Source: Salinivirgaceae bacterium (GTDB lineage Bacteria; Bacteroidota; Bacteroidia; Bacteroidales; SZUA-534). Taken from it: 64,000 nucleotides of DNA. The notes beneath the pieces are model-generated. The model was not told where the DNA came from and made no database searches. It was given only the letters and a program-made list of their open reading frames with translations. The stretch covers positions 1 through 64,000 of the forward strand of contig JAKSOL010000008.1 in the NCBI GenBank assembly GCA_024405635.1. Reading direction: 5' to 3'. Shown here piece after piece: positions 61,657 through 64,000 of the stretch; positions within the stretch are counted from its first letter, which is position 1, and each line of letters begins with the position of its first letter. Both the position numbers and the translations under genes were made by a program.

Positions 61657-63030
61657 TTATTTTTTTCGGAACAGATGCACATAGCCATCGCGGCGAAACT
61701 CTTGGCCGTCCCAACCTTCGGCGTATATGGTGTAGTAATAAACACCAGCTGGAGCCTCGCCTATTCCATCGGTTTTGCCGTCCCAGCCTTCCCAATCGCC
61801 ACTACCGTCTTCGTAACTATATATTTTGTTTCCCCAACGGTTGTAAATTTTAACCTTAAAGTGTTTTATTGAGCGCGGCATCGACTCGTCTTTAAACGTA
61901 AAACGCGGATTGTTGCCGCCTGGTGTAAAAGCATTGGGGATATCGGGTTTACGCGACACAAACGACGTGTCAACATTTATGTATTCCTCTTTCAGCAAAT
62001 AATCTTCGCATTGCTGCTCCATTCCGTTTTCTACATAAACAGGGCCTTTTACTGCTAGTGCAACATTATAGCCATACTGAATGTTTGGACGGAAATAGGT
62101 TATTGAGTCGGGAATAATTTGCGTCAGCACTGGAGGTATAAGCAACGAATCGCCTCCTCGCTGAAGACGTGGTTGCTGATAAAAGTACCAACAGTAGTCG
62201 TATGCATTTTCTGAACTATCGACAAACTGAACGCGCAGAGGCGCTTGTCCTGACGAATCGCTCTCGTTTTGAGGAACATACGCTCGGCTTGCAACAAACT
62301 TTGCTTTAACAGCTTTTAAATACAAGTCGCCATTTCCATCGTCGTCGCCAACATCAATCTCAAGTTTTTTGGTACGCGACACTTGATACTTGTCTTCAAC
62401 TGTTAATCGATAAATAGTTGGCACCGTGGGCGCATCAAAACTTGGATTTCGGTCCGATGGTATGTTGCTTTCGGGCGAACTCTCCCACGAATATTTCAAA
62501 CGGTTAATCTTGTCGCCACAATAAATAAGTGGCTCGCCGGTCATTCGGTCAAAATATTCAAACTCCTCGTCGTAGGCCAATTGTGTACGCAACGACATTT
62601 GCTCGCAAGTTGACTGGTAAACCGATATGGCGCTAATGTTGAATTCATTTTGAAAAACCCATGCATAAAATGCAGTATCCCAAGTACCTGCAGCATTTTC
62701 AACCTTCACCATATACCCGTTTTGCGTGCATTCACCTTTAGTTGAATTGCGCACTCCTACATCTTTTTTCAGCACTATATCAAACGCCTTTGTTTGCTCG
62801 TTAAACCTAAACCAAGTAAAAGTAAGGTTTAAACTATCGGCAATTGAAACAGAAAGAGTGCCTGTGGTGCTAAACCCGCGAGGATCGGAATAGTAAACAA
62901 AAATCGGGTCGTTGGCAATGTTGCTAGTGTATGCGGTTGAATCAACACGGTCAGCATCGGCAGTAATCTGCGCAAATGTGACAAGGCATTGCACAAGCAT
63001 TATCAGTATCAGCAACAATTTTCTTTGCAT
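61657..63030 (-). CDS. Gliding motility-associated C-terminal domain (T9SS type-B CTD) protein
   Basis: Signal peptide MQRKLLL; PKD-like APLRVQF; C-terminal PNAFTP...IYNRWG...WDGK...GVYYY...GYVHLFR. Confidence 0.85.
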   Translation of the reverse strand: MQRKLLLILIMLVQCLVTFAQITADADRVDSTAYTSNIANDPIFVYYSDPRGFSTTGTLSVSIADSLNLTFTWFRFNEQTKAFDIVLKKDVGVRNSTKGECTQNGYMVKVENAAGTWDTAFYAWVFQNEFNISAISVYQSTCEQMSLRTQLAYDEEFEYFDRMTGEPLIYCGDKINRLKYSWESSPESNIPSDRNPSFDAPTVPTIYRLTVEDKYQVSRTKKLEIDVGDDDGNGDLYLKAVKAKFVASRAYVPQNESDSSGQAPLRVQFVDSSENAYDYCWYFYQQPRLQRGGDSLLIPPVLTQIIPDSITYFRPNIQYGYNVALAVKGPVYVENGMEQQCEDYLLKEEYINVDTSFVSRKPDIPNAFTPGGNNPRFTFKDESMPRSIKHFKVKIYNRWGNKIYSYEDGSGDWEGWDGKTDGIGEAPAGVYYYTIYAEGWDGQEFRRDGYVHLFRKK

Positions 63031-63190
63031 CAAAAAAACACGATTAATGTTATTAACGAAAAAAGTAACGGCAAAAGTATAAAAAGCCCCCAATAACTTT
63101 CTGCATCACTTCTTTTCAGTTTTCCACAGTCATAATTTTTTATTTGGCAACAGGTAATATCTTTGGGCTCGCAATTCAAATTGAAAACAG

Positions 63191-64000
63191 ATGAATTTTA
63201 CAAGAATTTTAGCAATCGCTATAGCTGCAATGCCTTTTATTAGTGCTGCACAAGAAAAAATAGAAACTCGATATGCAAACGGCAAAATTGCTAGCACTGG
63301 AGTGCTGCAAAACGGTAAAGAAAACGGCACTTGGACTTATTACGACAGCCTTGGCGTTAAAACCCAAGAGACCGATTTTCGCAACGGCAACGTTCACGGC
63401 AAACTAACCTATTTTCACAAAGACGGAACGATAGAAAACCAAGGTGAATTTCGTTCGGGAATAATGCACGGCAAATACTTTGAAAACTACCTTAACGGCA
63501 AACGCAAGGTTGAAGGATTTTACCGCGCAGGCAAAAAAGACAGCACATGGTGCTACTACAACGGCAGCGGACTTAAGTACCGCGAAGAACGCCATAAAAA
63601 CGACACTATTTTCTTGCTTAATTATTGGGAAGATGCTAATAAACAAACAATTAGCAATGGCGAAGGCACATACACTTCGTACTACCAAAACGGCAATATT
63701 AAGGAAACTGGACCTTACAAAAATGGGCGCGAAAACGGTTATTGGAAACGATATTTCCCCAACGGCAAAATGATGTCAAGCGGGCACTACCAAAACGGAC
63801 TTGAGGTTGGCAAATGGCTTACCTATTACCAAAACGGCAACCTTAAAAGCGAAATGAACTACGAAAACGGACTAAATGTTCGCTTTTTCGAAAATGGACA
63901 AAAGAACATGGAAGGCCGATTAAAAAACAACAAACGCGATAGTATTTGGACTTTTTGGTACATCGACGGCAAACAAAAATCGCAAGTAAACTACACCGAC
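63191..64000 (+). CDS. Exported MORN-variant repeat (YwqK-like) protein, partial (absent from the ORF track)
   Basis: Open from ATG 63191 to the window end: MNFTRILAIAIAAMPFISAAQEK followed by repeated YY.NG....G.Y.NG...G.W units. Confidence 0.88.
   Translation, partial: MNFTRILAIAIAAMPFISAAQEKIETRYANGKIASTGVLQNGKENGTWTYYDSLGVKTQETDFRNGNVHGKLTYFHKDGTIENQGEFRSGIMHGKYFENYLNGKRKVEGFYRAGKKDSTWCYYNGSGLKYREERHKNDTIFLLNYWEDANKQTISNGEGTYTSYYQNGNIKETGPYKNGRENGYWKRYFPNGKMMSSGHYQNGLEVGKWLTYYQNGNLKSEMNYENGLNVRFFENGQKNMEGRLKNNKRDSIWTFWYIDGKQKSQVNYTD

Noticed and set aside
63191-64000. YwqK-like gene as an antitoxin of a toxin-antitoxin system
   Set aside because: The label reflects generic MORN-variant repeats; the protein has a signal peptide and no toxin gene is visible.

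Overview
This is a Bacteroidales-type chromosomal window, judged from TTTG-N~20-TAnnTTTG promoters, gldD/gldE, T9SS cargo and rpmB-rpmG-DUF4295-ftsY-rimO synteny. Positions 1-16.4 kb hold a minus-strand, AT-rich surface polysaccharide locus (manC, wecA, wzx, acetyltransferase, wzy, glycosyltransferases, an FrhB-like protein and a pyruvyl transferase). The locus is interrupted at about 8.3-13.7 kb by an unusual island: a truncated second wzx, degenerate 21-bp repeats, two hypothetical genes flanking a strongly structured intergenic segment, a dense mosaic of REP-like palindromes, a 147-bp duplication, an AAA_14/DUF4143 ATPase and a 134-bp tandem array. A probable IS end truncates the leftmost glycosyltransferase. 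Next come htpG (sigma54-like promoter), an uncharacterised four-gene exported DUF6175 cluster, a GldL-like/GldM-N fusion gene, an orphan HAMP-GAF sensor, a xylan-debranching cluster without SusC/D (CE6-CE1, GH43-CBM6-GH8, CE1) and a DUF6057/CxxCH-TolB pair. The remainder is mostly housekeeping and envelope genes (cinA, rpmB, rpmG, ftsY, rimO, ssb, gldE, gldD, PPTase, GGGP synthase, lptF/G, CotH, TBDR, tRNA-Arg, pcrA). All family assignments come from motif recognition by eye; no database searches were run.
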